The notes under the pieces are model-generated. The model was given only the letters and a program-made list of their open reading frames with translations. It was not told the DNA's origin and ran no database searches. The translations under genes and the position numbers were made by a program. Of a stretch of DNA of 25,664 nucleotides, positions 1-8,812 are shown in pieces. Within the stretch, counting starts at the first letter, position 1. The number at the start of each line of letters is the position of its first letter. The DNA comes from a virus (Duplodnaviria > Caudoviricetes): positions 1-25,664 of the IMG/VR virus record IMGVR_UViG_3300009091_000056, one strand, 5' to 3'.

Positions 1-2
1 GT

Positions 3-3000
3 AATATAACAGGTGACATATCAGACCTCCCTTCAGGACTTCTTATTTTGGATTTATATGGTTCTTCAACTATTTCAGGTGATTTAGCGGATTTGCCTGC
101 GGGAGTAAGATGGTTTAATATCGCCACAGTCAGCACGATTAAGGATTACACTCAGGGTCACGTTTGGCCTGCAACAACTAATAATGTATCGTTTAATGCC
201 ACAACCGATGCTGCCGGACTTTCTCCGACAGAAGTGGACAATCTTATAATTGATGTAAATACTTACTCGACTGCTGTTAATGGTTCAATTTATTTAGTGG
301 GATATAACTCAGGTCGCACCTCTGCATCTGATACTGCTTACAATGCCTTGATTGCAGACGGTTGGACGATAACAACCAAGAGTGCGATCTCAGGTTCGAG
401 TTCAGGCGGTGGTGCGGAAACTGTCAGCGGGACATTGACGGGCAAAGGTGCATTAAGTTCGCTTGGTGCTGAATTAATTGTCAATGGTGGATTTGATAAT
501 GGTGGTTCGGGATGGACGACATTTGGGGAATCAACAGTCAATACAGGAGTTGGAAGAATATACAGTTCTGATGGTTCACCATCCTATTTATATGAAGAAA
601 TTGGTTTAGTTTCTGGTCATTTATATAAAGTTGTTTTTGATGTAATTGCTACTATTAGTGATTGGATTACATTAGGACAAAATGGGAATGAACATTGGGT
701 TGATGTATCTGAAACAGGAATTAAGATTGAGTGGTTTACTTCCGACCATGATTCATGGATGGCATTTAAAAGATCAGGTATTACTGATGTTTCTATTGAT
801 AATGTATCCGTAAAAGAAGTTATAACAGTTGGCGTTGCAACCGTCTCAGGAACACTTACCGCCAAAGGTGCATTGAAAGGCGCTGTATCACTTATAATAT
901 TTGAGAATTTCCAAGAATACAATGTTGGTGCATTAGCAGGACAGCATGATTGGGTGGATGCAAGAGCGACTCTCCAAATTGGAGATTATTCAGGAGATAA
1001 GAGAATTTATTCTGATCACATAGAGGGCGAGAATGCTTATAAAAATATTCCATTTAATGCTGATCAGTTTGCAGAAGTAAAATGTGATTCTATTGGGAAT
1101 GGATACATAGGAGTGGCAGTAAGGGAAACTGGTACTGGAGCAACATGGGATGGCTATGTATTGACTTATAATGTAAATATTACTACTGGACGGTTATATA
1201 AAATTACAGATGGTGGTTGGGCTCAATTAGGTAATACAAGCACGTATTCGGTACAGATAGGAGATATAATCAGGCTTGAAGTAAGGGGTAATGTTCTGTC
1301 GTGTTATATAAATGGAGTACTTGATACAACAGTTGCTACAAACGGTCAATATACTGATTCGGATTATGCGAGCGGTTTTCCTGGATTAAATTGGTATTGT
1401 TATTCAATTACAGGAGATCCAACGGGAGATGATTTTAAAGCAGGAGCATTTGTTACAACTATTGTAGGTACTCTCAAAGCCAAAGGTTCTCTTGCAGGTT
1501 CAAGTTCGGGAGTAGCTACGGTTGAAGGTGTTTTGAAGGGGAAAAGTGAATTAACAGGAGTATCAGACGGATTTGCTATAGTATCAGGTGATCTTACCCC
1601 TGCTGCATCAGTAGGAGAATTGGTGGGGCAGACTGACGGTATTGCTGATGTTTTGGGTACACTCAAGGGTGCAGGTAGGTTATATGGTGCTACTGCTGGT
1701 ATAGCTGACGTTTCAGCATTCCTTCGTGTTCAGGGTGGTAATCTGCTTTATGGAAGTTCTGATGGTATAGCTACTGTAAGTGGTACAATAAAGAGTAATA
1801 TACAGGGAGAAGGTTCTGCAACAGGTGTGGCTTCTGTTTTAGGTATACTTCGTTCAAGACAACCTATTTCAGGAATTATTAGTGGTGTTGCTTTACTATC
1901 AGGTACTTTAAAAGCTAAAGGAGAGTTAGCCGGAACGATTGGTGGAGTGGCTTTGCTTGGTGGTATATTGAAAGGCAAAGGTGAATTGCAGGGAAGTACG
2001 GATGGTGTAGCTACGGTTTCTGGTATCATTGCAAGTGAAGGATATGCTACAGGAGCAACCGATGGAGTAGCAGTGGTAAGTGGGACGTTAAAAGGAGCAG
2101 GCAAACTATATGGCTCTGCAACAGGCATTGCAGATGTTTCCGGAGTAGTTCAAGCCAAAGGTAAGTTATATGGTGCTACCGATGGTGATGCCTTTGTAGA
2201 TGGATTACTTACTCAGAATCCGCATATCTATGGAGCAACTGATGGAATAGCCGTAGTTGGGGGAACTCTTGAAGGTACAGGCAAGTTGCAGGGTTCTATT
2301 ACTGGAGTGGCTTCTTTGTGGGGTTCTCTGGCTTTGGGTCAGATAATGGGACGTACCGATGGTACAGCAACCGTTGGCGGGGCGATACATGGACATGGTA
2401 AGTTATCAGGGGCTACAGGTGGCGTTGCTACGGTTAGTGGAACAATTAAGAGTAAGATACACGGAGCAGGTTCCATAAGTGGTATCACCACGGTTGGAGG
2501 TTCATTAAAAGGCAAAGGAGAGTTACTTGGTGAAATAAGCGGTTTTGCTTCGGTTTCCGGCACTATAAAGGCAAAGGGTACATTATATGGATCTACGGGC
2601 GGAGTTGCCTTGCTGGGTGGTGTATTAGGTGGTAAGGGCGATTTATCAGGGGAGATACTGTCTTACGCTACCTTATCCGCTACATTAACCGCAACAGGTG
2701 ATCTGGCAGGACGGACGGACGGTATTGCAAATGTTTCAGGTTTTATAGCTGTTCCAGGAATGCTGAGAGGAAGTATAGTTGGAGTGGCTGCAGTATCAGG
2801 AACAATACGAAGTTTCATTTATGCTCAGGGTTCTATCAATGGAGTAGCTTCAGTATCAGGAGAGATGTGGAGTTACATACTTGGAGAACTAATTACGGGG
2901 AATAGTTTAATCACTTCATTGATCGAGGGGAATAGTTCAATTCTTGAGTTGGTTGATGAAAATAGTACCATAACAGAATTAATTGCGGATAATAGTATAA

Positions 3001-3008
3001 TAATATAA
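3..3008 (+). CDS. 5'-truncated large fibre/decoration-like protein: LRR-like N-terminal part, CBM-like and lectin-like inserted domains, ~26 Gly-rich 20-aa repeats, C-terminal 4x10-aa repeat
   Basis: Frame is open from position 3 (NITGDISDLPSGLLILDLYG...), so the TTG at 48 is probably not the real start. 22-aa LRR-like units ITGDISDLPSGL / ISGDLADLPAGV; ELIVNGGFD...W...SIDNVSVKEV resembles CBM4/9-like domains; repeat consensus GxLxGxTDGVATVSGTLKGK. Confidence 0.75.
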   Translation, partial: NITGDISDLPSGLLILDLYGSSTISGDLADLPAGVRWFNIATVSTIKDYTQGHVWPATTNNVSFNATTDAAGLSPTEVDNLIIDVNTYSTAVNGSIYLVGYNSGRTSASDTAYNALIADGWTITTKSAISGSSSGGGAETVSGTLTGKGALSSLGAELIVNGGFDNGGSGWTTFGESTVNTGVGRIYSSDGSPSYLYEEIGLVSGHLYKVVFDVIATISDWITLGQNGNEHWVDVSETGIKIEWFTSDHDSWMAFKRSGITDVSIDNVSVKEVITVGVATVSGTLTAKGALKGAVSLIIFENFQEYNVGALAGQHDWVDARATLQIGDYSGDKRIYSDHIEGENAYKNIPFNADQFAEVKCDSIGNGYIGVAVRETGTGATWDGYVLTYNVNITTGRLYKITDGGWAQLGNTSTYSVQIGDIIRLEVRGNVLSCYINGVLDTTVATNGQYTDSDYASGFPGLNWYCYSITGDPTGDDFKAGAFVTTIVGTLKAKGSLAGSSSGVATVEGVLKGKSELTGVSDGFAIVSGDLTPAASVGELVGQTDGIADVLGTLKGAGRLYGATAGIADVSAFLRVQGGNLLYGSSDGIATVSGTIKSNIQGEGSATGVASVLGILRSRQPISGIISGVALLSGTLKAKGELAGTIGGVALLGGILKGKGELQGSTDGVATVSGIIASEGYATGATDGVAVVSGTLKGAGKLYGSATGIADVSGVVQAKGKLYGATDGDAFVDGLLTQNPHIYGATDGIAVVGGTLEGTGKLQGSITGVASLWGSLALGQIMGRTDGTATVGGAIHGHGKLSGATGGVATVSGTIKSKIHGAGSISGITTVGGSLKGKGELLGEISGFASVSGTIKAKGTLYGSTGGVALLGGVLGGKGDLSGEILSYATLSATLTATGDLAGRTDGIANVSGFIAVPGMLRGSIVGVAAVSGTIRSFIYAQGSINGVASVSGEMWSYILGELITGNSLITSLIEGNSSILELVDENSTITELIADNSIII
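1452..2880 (+). repeat. Coding tandem repeat, about 23-24 degenerate 60-nt (20-aa) units
   Basis: Units read directly from the translation, e.g. GELQGSTDGVATVSGIIASE, GYATGATDGVAVVSGTLKGA, GKLYGSATGIADVSGVVQAK. Confidence 0.95.
2886..3005 (+). repeat. Coding tandem repeat, 4 x 30 nt (10 aa) at the C-terminus
   Basis: ELITGNSLIT / SLIEGNSSIL / ELVDENSTIT / ELIADNSIII, with AATAGT (NS) invariant at a 30-nt period. Confidence 0.9.
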
Positions 3009-3012
3009 GCCA

Positions 3013-3330
3013 ATGGGAAGAGTATTTGCAGAACAGACACATTTGAGGATACAGCTTACAGCAGGTGTAAACGTGGCTGGTGCTTTATCTACTCAGATCT
3101 TTTATAAGAAACCCGTCAGCGGAACAATTGATTCTGTTGAAGCTACCGTTTCTAATCAGGCTACCGGAGTAATGTTTTATGATCTGGTGGCTGATAGTAG
3201 CGGAGGGACAGATTTCCTAGACGAAGTGGGAAAGTGGAAATTCTGGACCTACGTAGAGTTTAGTGATGGGCGTACTGCCAGAGGAGAAACTTATACCAAA
3301 GAGGTGTATGATAAAGATGATGAATGTTAA
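3013..3330 (+). CDS. Small beta-sandwich (BppU N-terminal/Ig-like) virion-associated protein
   Basis: Pattern YKKP-SGT...GVMFY...FLDEVGKWKFWTYVEFSDG resembles BppU-like small phage proteins; starts 4 nt after the upstream stop. Confidence 0.5.
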   Translation: MGRVFAEQTHLRIQLTAGVNVAGALSTQIFYKKPVSGTIDSVEATVSNQATGVMFYDLVADSSGGTDFLDEVGKWKFWTYVEFSDGRTARGETYTKEVYDKDDEC

Positions 3331-3342
3331 AAATATAAAGCC

Positions 3343-3738
3343 ATGACAGACAGTCCGGATTACAGGTTATATCTCGAAGAAAAGTTTAAAGGAATACATT
3401 CTGATATCCATGCAAGAGATATTAATATTCATGATAAACTGGATGCTATTGTTGGACAGACTACCAAAACAAACAATAGGGTTAATGATCTTGAAGATGC
3501 ATTAACTAAACATCCTTTAGAGTGTGACCTCAGACCTGAAGTTGTAAAAATAAAAGAGGATATGATAGAATATAAGTTTATAAAAAAATATCCCAAATTG
3601 ACAATAATATTAATTGCAATATTTGTTGTTGGAATAATTTTAAGTGCTATTGGAACTTTTGAGACAATTCATAATAAGATGCTTAATAAAGAAACAAATA
3701 AAACAATCGAGCGGATTGATAAAAAGATAGAGAATTAA
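3343..3738 (+). CDS. Coiled-coil protein with single TM helix (holin/XhlA-like, putative)
   Basis: N-terminal heptads ([12 protein letters not shown]) and hydrophobic segment [19 protein letters not shown]; lies close to the putative endolysin. Confidence 0.5.
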   Translation: MTDSPDYRLYLEEKFKGIHSDIHARDINIHDKLDAIVGQTTKTNNRVNDLEDALTKHPLECDLRPEVVKIKEDMIEYKFIKKYPKLTIILIAIFVVGIILSAIGTFETIHNKMLNKETNKTIERIDKKIEN

Positions 3739-3765
3739 ATATTATTAACCTTGAAGAATGTAAAA

Positions 3766-4173
3766 ATGACAATGTCAGAAAGGGATAGTAATAACATGAA
3801 TCGCTGGAATGTCTATTCACTTAAAGAATATTTTGATGTAGTGATTGACAAACTTGACGAGAAGATTGAACAGCGTTTTGCTTCAGTAAAGGAAGCAGTT
3901 ACAAAAGCTGAAGCAGCAACAGAAAGGAGATTTGAGGGAGTTAATGAATTCAGGAATACTCTGTCAGATCAGCAACGAACATTTCTACCAAGAAAGGAAT
4001 ATGAGGCTACAATGAGTTCTATTGATTCAAAAATTAATGAAGTTGGTAAGAAAGTTGACAAGTTAGACTCTATGAAAGCAGGAGGAAAAGATGTTTGGGT
4101 TTATATTGTTGCAGTTGCAAGTTTGATATTTGGAATTGCCTCAATAGCCATAAGTATAATAACACATAAATAA
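3766..4173 (+). CDS. Coiled-coil protein with C-terminal TM helix (holin-like, putative)
   Basis: Long coiled coil (KEAVTKAEAATERRFEGVNEFR) and C-terminal TM VWVYIVAVASLIFGIASIAISII. ATG 3766 preferred over TTG 3751; ATG 3772 also possible. Confidence 0.5.
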   Translation: MTMSERDSNNMNRWNVYSLKEYFDVVIDKLDEKIEQRFASVKEAVTKAEAATERRFEGVNEFRNTLSDQQRTFLPRKEYEATMSSIDSKINEVGKKVDKLDSMKAGGKDVWVYIVAVASLIFGIASIAISIITHK

Positions 4174-4179
4174 TTAAAA

Positions 4180-4590
4180 ATGAATTGGGTATTAAGTAGA
4201 CGGTTAGGAGAGGTTCAGACAATGGGATGCCTTTATGTGTTTAATGGGGATCATTCATTTTTTAATTGTCGTACTCTTGAATTGCCGTGGCTTAATAATG
4301 CACCAAACATCAGTTGTTATCCAGCAGGAGTCTACGATGTTGAAAAGTATAAAAGACCAAATGGCAGGTGGGCATTTCTGGTTAAGAATGTACCTGGTAG
4401 AACAGGAATACTTTTTCATCCAGGAAATTATGCTTCAATAGTTAAGACGGATAGTGAAGGATGTACACTTGTTGGTTTTACATATGATGATATTAATCGT
4501 GATGGATATGTAGATATTCTTGATAGTCAAAATGCTATGAATATTCTTCTATCTATCATGCCAGATAAATTTAAACTTTATGTTATTTGA
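4180..4590 (+). CDS. DUF5675-like putative endolysin
   Basis: Motifs TLELPWLNN..ISCYPAGVY, VPGRTGILFHPGN and DSEGCTLVG are characteristic of DUF5675 phage proteins. Confidence 0.75.
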   Translation: MNWVLSRRLGEVQTMGCLYVFNGDHSFFNCRTLELPWLNNAPNISCYPAGVYDVEKYKRPNGRWAFLVKNVPGRTGILFHPGNYASIVKTDSEGCTLVGFTYDDINRDGYVDILDSQNAMNILLSIMPDKFKLYVI

Positions 4591-4620
4591 AGCTTTATTG
4601 TATAACTAAAAATTAAAAAG

Positions 4621-5049
4621 ATGAAAAAGTTGATTATGTTTTTTGTATTACTGATGGCTATTCCATTGGTAATCTTTGCACAGGATGTTCCTGCACCTCC
4701 TGAGGATTGGAGTGATATTATCTTCAATTTCCCTCAGTGGTTTGGTACACTTACAGGTGTATCTCTTTTGGCAGCTTTTCTTGCAGCGTTCTTTAATGGA
4801 CTGTTGAAAATTGAGAAAGGTATTTACAAACAGATGATGGCATGGCTTATTTCAATAATCCTAATGGTTGTCACTGATTTACTTAACTTCGGATTTGCGA
4901 AAGATTTTCCACTTTTACTTGCAGTCATATACGGCTTTGCAGTAGGTCTTGTAGCGAATGGAGTATTTGATGTACCATTTGTTAAAAGCATACTTGATAA
5001 AGTTAGTGAATGGTTTGAACCGAAACCACCTGTACCACCGATAGTATAA
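4621..5049 (+). CDS. Multi-pass membrane protein with N-terminal signal peptide (holin-like, putative)
   Basis: MKKLIMFFVLLMAIPLVIFA|QD signal-peptide-like start, three further hydrophobic helices, G..ANG.FD motif seen in small phage holins. Confidence 0.55.
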   Translation: MKKLIMFFVLLMAIPLVIFAQDVPAPPEDWSDIIFNFPQWFGTLTGVSLLAAFLAAFFNGLLKIEKGIYKQMMAWLISIILMVVTDLLNFGFAKDFPLLLAVIYGFAVGLVANGVFDVPFVKSILDKVSEWFEPKPPVPPIV

Positions 5050-5054
5050 ATATT

Positions 5055-5085
5055 TCCTGGGCTGAAATATGCCCAGGATATTTTT
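5055..5085 (+). terminator. Intrinsic terminator after the lysis cassette
   Basis: Perfect 8-bp stem TCCTGGGC (5055-5062) / GCCCAGGA (5071-5078), 8-nt loop, followed by TATTTTT. Confidence 0.75.
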
Positions 5086-5105
5086 AACAATTTAATAGTC
5101 AAGAG

Positions 5106-6551
5106 ATGGAAAGAACAAAGAAACCTATAAGTAAGGGTCAACAGATAAAAACATTTAGTGAATTGGTTGGCCGAGCAATGTTAGCCACCAAAATGGGTAT
5201 TCAATTTGGTGGTAACCGAAATCTATATGATGCTCTTGGCTATAAAGAAAAACTCACCTTTGAAGATTATCTTTCTCGATATACAAGACAAGATATTGCC
5301 AAAGCTATTATTGATCGTCCTGTAAAAGCTACATGGCAAGGTCCTCTTGAATTAATAGAATCTAATGAACCTGAAGATACTGAATTTGAAAAGGCTTGGA
5401 AGGAGTTAGATCGTAAATTAGGATTAAAAACATTACTTTCCAGAGTAGATCGTTTGACAGGTATTGGAGAATATGGTATATTACTCTTGGGATTGGACGA
5501 TGTAAAAAATCAGGAAGGATTTATGAAGCCTGTTTCTGAAGAAGGAGAACATAGTCTGATGTACGTTAAACCATTTGGGCAAAAGACAGCCAAGATAGAT
5601 TCTTATGAAGAGAATCCTAAGAGTGATCGTTATGGTAAACCTCTTATATATGCTATTGGTGTTCAAGATATAGCTTCTAAAAGTGATCAGATAGTAAAAG
5701 TACATTATTCTCGAATTATTCATATAACAGATGATAACTTGGAATCTGAGGTGCTTGGAACACCTCGATTAGAAGCTGTGTTTAATCGGTTAATGGATTT
5801 AGAGAAGTTGGTAGGAGGTGATGCTGAGATGTTTTGGAGAGGTGCTCGTCCAGGCTTTCATGGTAAGGTGGATCCAGAATATACAATGACACAAGAAACA
5901 AAGGATGATTTACTTAACCAACTGGATGAATATGAACATGACCTTCGCAGATTTCTTATTAATGAAGGAGTTGACGTGGAAGCATTAACACAGGCAATAG
6001 CTGATCCTGCTAACCATGTGGATGTCCAAATACAAATGATTTCTGCTGTAACAGGTATTCCTAAGAGAATTTTAACAGGAAGTGAACGTGGGGAGTTAGC
6101 GAGTACACAGGATACTGGAGAATGGCTTGCATACGTACAGGCTCGTAGAGAGGACCATGCGGAGCCACGTATAGTACGTCCTTTTGTAGATAGGCTGGTA
6201 GAACTAACGATTCTGCCTAAGCCAAAAGAGGATTATACTGTAAATTGGAAGGATCTATTTTCCGTTAGTGAGAAAACAAGAGTTGAGATAGGTAAAGGAC
6301 GTGCTAATGCATTACGCGAATATACCTACAACCCGATAGCAGAAGCTATTATACCACCTGATGCCTTCTTAGAAAAATTCTTAGGTTTCACTGCAGATGA
6401 GATTACAATGATACGTAAGATGAGGGATGAACAACTTGGAGAGGAAGTTATGGATATTGTAAAAGATACAATAGACAAAGAAACTGAACCTACCCCAGTC
6501 CTACAAGGACCGGGGGTAAGATCAACTGTAAAACAAAAGCCAGTTAAATGA
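5106..6551 (+). CDS. Portal protein (DUF1073-like)
   Basis: 481 aa; motifs IAKAIIDRP...TW, VHYSRIIHI, LGTPRLEAVFNRLMDLEK, ISAVTGIPKRILTGSERG, WKDLF; first gene of the head module. Confidence 0.88.
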   Translation: MERTKKPISKGQQIKTFSELVGRAMLATKMGIQFGGNRNLYDALGYKEKLTFEDYLSRYTRQDIAKAIIDRPVKATWQGPLELIESNEPEDTEFEKAWKELDRKLGLKTLLSRVDRLTGIGEYGILLLGLDDVKNQEGFMKPVSEEGEHSLMYVKPFGQKTAKIDSYEENPKSDRYGKPLIYAIGVQDIASKSDQIVKVHYSRIIHITDDNLESEVLGTPRLEAVFNRLMDLEKLVGGDAEMFWRGARPGFHGKVDPEYTMTQETKDDLLNQLDEYEHDLRRFLINEGVDVEALTQAIADPANHVDVQIQMISAVTGIPKRILTGSERGELASTQDTGEWLAYVQARREDHAEPRIVRPFVDRLVELTILPKPKEDYTVNWKDLFSVSEKTRVEIGKGRANALREYTYNPIAEAIIPPDAFLEKFLGFTADEITMIRKMRDEQLGEEVMDIVKDTIDKETEPTPVLQGPGVRSTVKQKPVK

Positions 6552-7504
6552 ATGAAGTAATAGCATATAGGTTTTCTGTTTATAGTAAGGTGGATCCTAC
6601 ACATACTACAGCATTAAGAAATGCTTTTGCCAACGAGATGAAGAGACGTTTCATCGAATTGAAGAAAGTAATCAAGGTGGCGATAGTAGATCAGGATTGT
6701 TTTGGATTAACAAGTTCAAAGGTATCCCTCTTCCAAATGGTTCCTCCTGGTGTTGGTGCTTTTAATTTTCTACGGAATCCAGCCAAGGTAGAAGTTTTTA
6801 TGCGTTGGTTACAACATCAGGTTGACAGAGGATTGCTTACGATTGGGGAATTTCAACAGATTGGTACAGCAGTTGAAGGAGCTTGGACGAACAGATATGT
6901 ATTGGATTCTTACAAGCGTGGAGTAATACGAGCAAGATATGAATTACAAAAGGCAGGATATAAGGTTCCTGGATTGGATGATGTAGGAGGGATTGATGCT
7001 GTTATGGGAACACCTTTCCATATGGACAGAGTAGGTTTGTTATTTACACGAGTATTCTCTGAATTGAGAGGTGTTACAGAATCTATGGATTCTCTTATTA
7101 GCCAGATACTCTCTCAGGGAATGATTGATGGAGATGGACCTGCTTTAATAACTCGCAAACTTATGGCTGCAATAGATGGAACAGGTACTGCTACATTAGG
7201 AATAACAGATAAACTGGGTAGATTTATTCCAGCTCAACGAAGAGCGATGATGATAGCACGTACAGAACTTATAAGAGCTTTTCATTTAGCAGCTATACAA
7301 GAGTACAGAAATTGGAAAGTGGAAGGAGTTTATGTAAAGGCAGAATGGAGTACAGCTGGAGATAATAGAGTTTGTGAAAGGTGTGCAAAATTACAAGGCA
7401 AAATATTTACATTAGATGAAATAGAACCAATGATTCCGCTTCATCCACAATGTAGATGTATGGCATTACCATATATTAAAGAAGTGCAACAATATTTAAA
7501 ATAG
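6548..7504 (+). CDS. Head morphogenesis protein, MuF/SPP1 gp7 family
   Basis: RAMMIARTE, WSTAGDNRVCERC and PLHPQCRC motifs; ATGA overlap with the portal stop. Confidence 0.9.
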   Translation: MNEVIAYRFSVYSKVDPTHTTALRNAFANEMKRRFIELKKVIKVAIVDQDCFGLTSSKVSLFQMVPPGVGAFNFLRNPAKVEVFMRWLQHQVDRGLLTIGEFQQIGTAVEGAWTNRYVLDSYKRGVIRARYELQKAGYKVPGLDDVGGIDAVMGTPFHMDRVGLLFTRVFSELRGVTESMDSLISQILSQGMIDGDGPALITRKLMAAIDGTGTATLGITDKLGRFIPAQRRAMMIARTELIRAFHLAAIQEYRNWKVEGVYVKAEWSTAGDNRVCERCAKLQGKIFTLDEIEPMIPLHPQCRCMALPYIKEVQQYLK

Positions 7505-7516
7505 GAGGACAAAATT

Positions 7517-8797
7517 ATGCCATGGAGTGTAGGAGATGTAGATGAACACAAGAAAGGACTCAGTGACGAGCAGAAATCGAGGTGGGTAGCGATAGCTAAT
7601 TCCGCTCTCAAAAGTTGTATGAGTAAAGGTGGAAGTGATGAAGAATGTGCCGCTTCTGCCATTCGTCAGGCTAATGGTGTGGTAGGACATAGTGAATATG
7701 AACACTATTCCATCCACAAGAATAAACAAGATCCAAACTATGCTGTACAGGAAAAGATACATCAGGGAAAGAATCATATGGTGGTTCCTGTAGTGATGAT
7801 GGTGGAGGGCGTTCATCATGGGAGCCATGGGCCGATGCTTCATCTAATTGACGAATTGGGACGCTTCCCAGAAATGTGGAATGGCATACCAATCGTAATC
7901 AATCATCCCGAAGTGGATGGCATGAATGTATCGGCCAATTCCCCTGATATCATAGAACAGTCGATTGGACGAGTTTATAATACTCATGTAGATGGTTCTA
8001 GGTTGGCAGCAGAATTGTGGATAGAAACTGAAAAGCTGAGGTTACTATCCGTAGAGGTATTGGAGAATTTACAGAAGGGAATACCTTTAGAAGTCAGTTT
8101 GGGAATGTTTACAGAGGATGAACCCTTAACAGGGGATTGGAATGGCGAACCGTACGAAGCCATCGCCAGAAATCATAGACCAGATCATTTAGCTCTTCTG
8201 CCCGGCGGAGTTGGTGCCTGTTCGATGAAAGATGGTTGTGGTATTCGTGCTAATAGCAATAATGCAGCCGAAGGTTCTGGCTTTAAGAGAACTAAAGTAA
8301 ATATTAATATTAATCCAAAGGAGGTTATCAAAATGGCAGAGAATGTCGTATGTCCGCCTTGCATCAAAACAAAAGTAGATGCCTTACTTGCTAACAAGCA
8401 AGGGAAGTTTACTGAGGATGACAGGCCATGGATGGAAACTCTATCAGAACCGCAGTTAGACAAACTTGTCCCGACTGTGATTGAAGTAGAAAAGACAGTG
8501 GAAGTAAATGTCCTTTCTGATGAAGATAAGCAAATTATCGCAGATTACAAACGTCAGAAAGCAGAGAAAAGAACTCTAATGGTACAGACAATTCAGACTA
8601 ATCTGGGAAAAGAAACCTGGACTGATGATGTACTTGCTACGATGAAGGACGACGTACTTGAAAAAGTTGTTGGTCTGGTAAACAAGAAGAAAGTGGTTGA
8701 TTATTCCCTAAATGGGGGAGGATCAAATCTTCAGGAAAATGAATGTAAGGAGGAGCCACTCCCACCTACAGGTATCAAGTTTAAAACTAATAAATAG
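7517..8797 (+). CDS. Prohead protease (DUF2213-like) fused to C-terminal scaffold, with a small N-terminal helical domain
   Basis: WNGIPIVINHP, EVSLG and RPDHLALLP..VGACS..DGCG motifs; helical C-terminal part; AGGAGG at 7503-7508. Confidence 0.82.
   Translation: MPWSVGDVDEHKKGLSDEQKSRWVAIANSALKSCMSKGGSDEECAASAIRQANGVVGHSEYEHYSIHKNKQDPNYAVQEKIHQGKNHMVVPVVMMVEGVHHGSHGPMLHLIDELGRFPEMWNGIPIVINHPEVDGMNVSANSPDIIEQSIGRVYNTHVDGSRLAAELWIETEKLRLLSVEVLENLQKGIPLEVSLGMFTEDEPLTGDWNGEPYEAIARNHRPDHLALLPGGVGACSMKDGCGIRANSNNAAEGSGFKRTKVNININPKEVIKMAENVVCPPCIKTKVDALLANKQGKFTEDDRPWMETLSEPQLDKLVPTVIEVEKTVEVNVLSDEDKQIIADYKRQKAEKRTLMVQTIQTNLGKETWTDDVLATMKDDVLEKVVGLVNKKKVVDYSLNGGGSNLQENECKEEPLPPTGIKFKTNK
8333..8797 (+). 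CDS. Nested in-frame scaffold protein (154 aa) from an internal start
   Basis: AAGGAGGT at 8318-8325, 7 nt before an in-frame ATG (MAENVVCPPC...), just after the protease domain. Confidence 0.65.
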   Translation: MAENVVCPPCIKTKVDALLANKQGKFTEDDRPWMETLSEPQLDKLVPTVIEVEKTVEVNVLSDEDKQIIADYKRQKAEKRTLMVQTIQTNLGKETWTDDVLATMKDDVLEKVVGLVNKKKVVDYSLNGGGSNLQENECKEEPLPPTGIKFKTNK

Positions 8798-8812
8798 TAG
8801 GAGGAAGAAGCA

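Noticed and set aside
1452-2880. Repeats as a CRISPR array or DGR template/variable pair
   Set aside because: Conservation is at the amino-acid level with synonymous drift. There are no identical repeats with spacers, no adenine-specific mismatch pattern and no reverse transcriptase in the window.
5045-5052. TATAAATA, identical to the T4 late promoter consensus, upstream of the portal
   Set aside because: Single occurrence noticed in AT-rich DNA, overlapping a stop codon and upstream of a terminator; the phage is not T4-like.
5106-6551. Anti-CBASS Acb1 label sometimes attached to DUF1073 proteins
   Set aside because: Size and position fit a portal, and no HxT/HxT phosphoesterase domain is evident.
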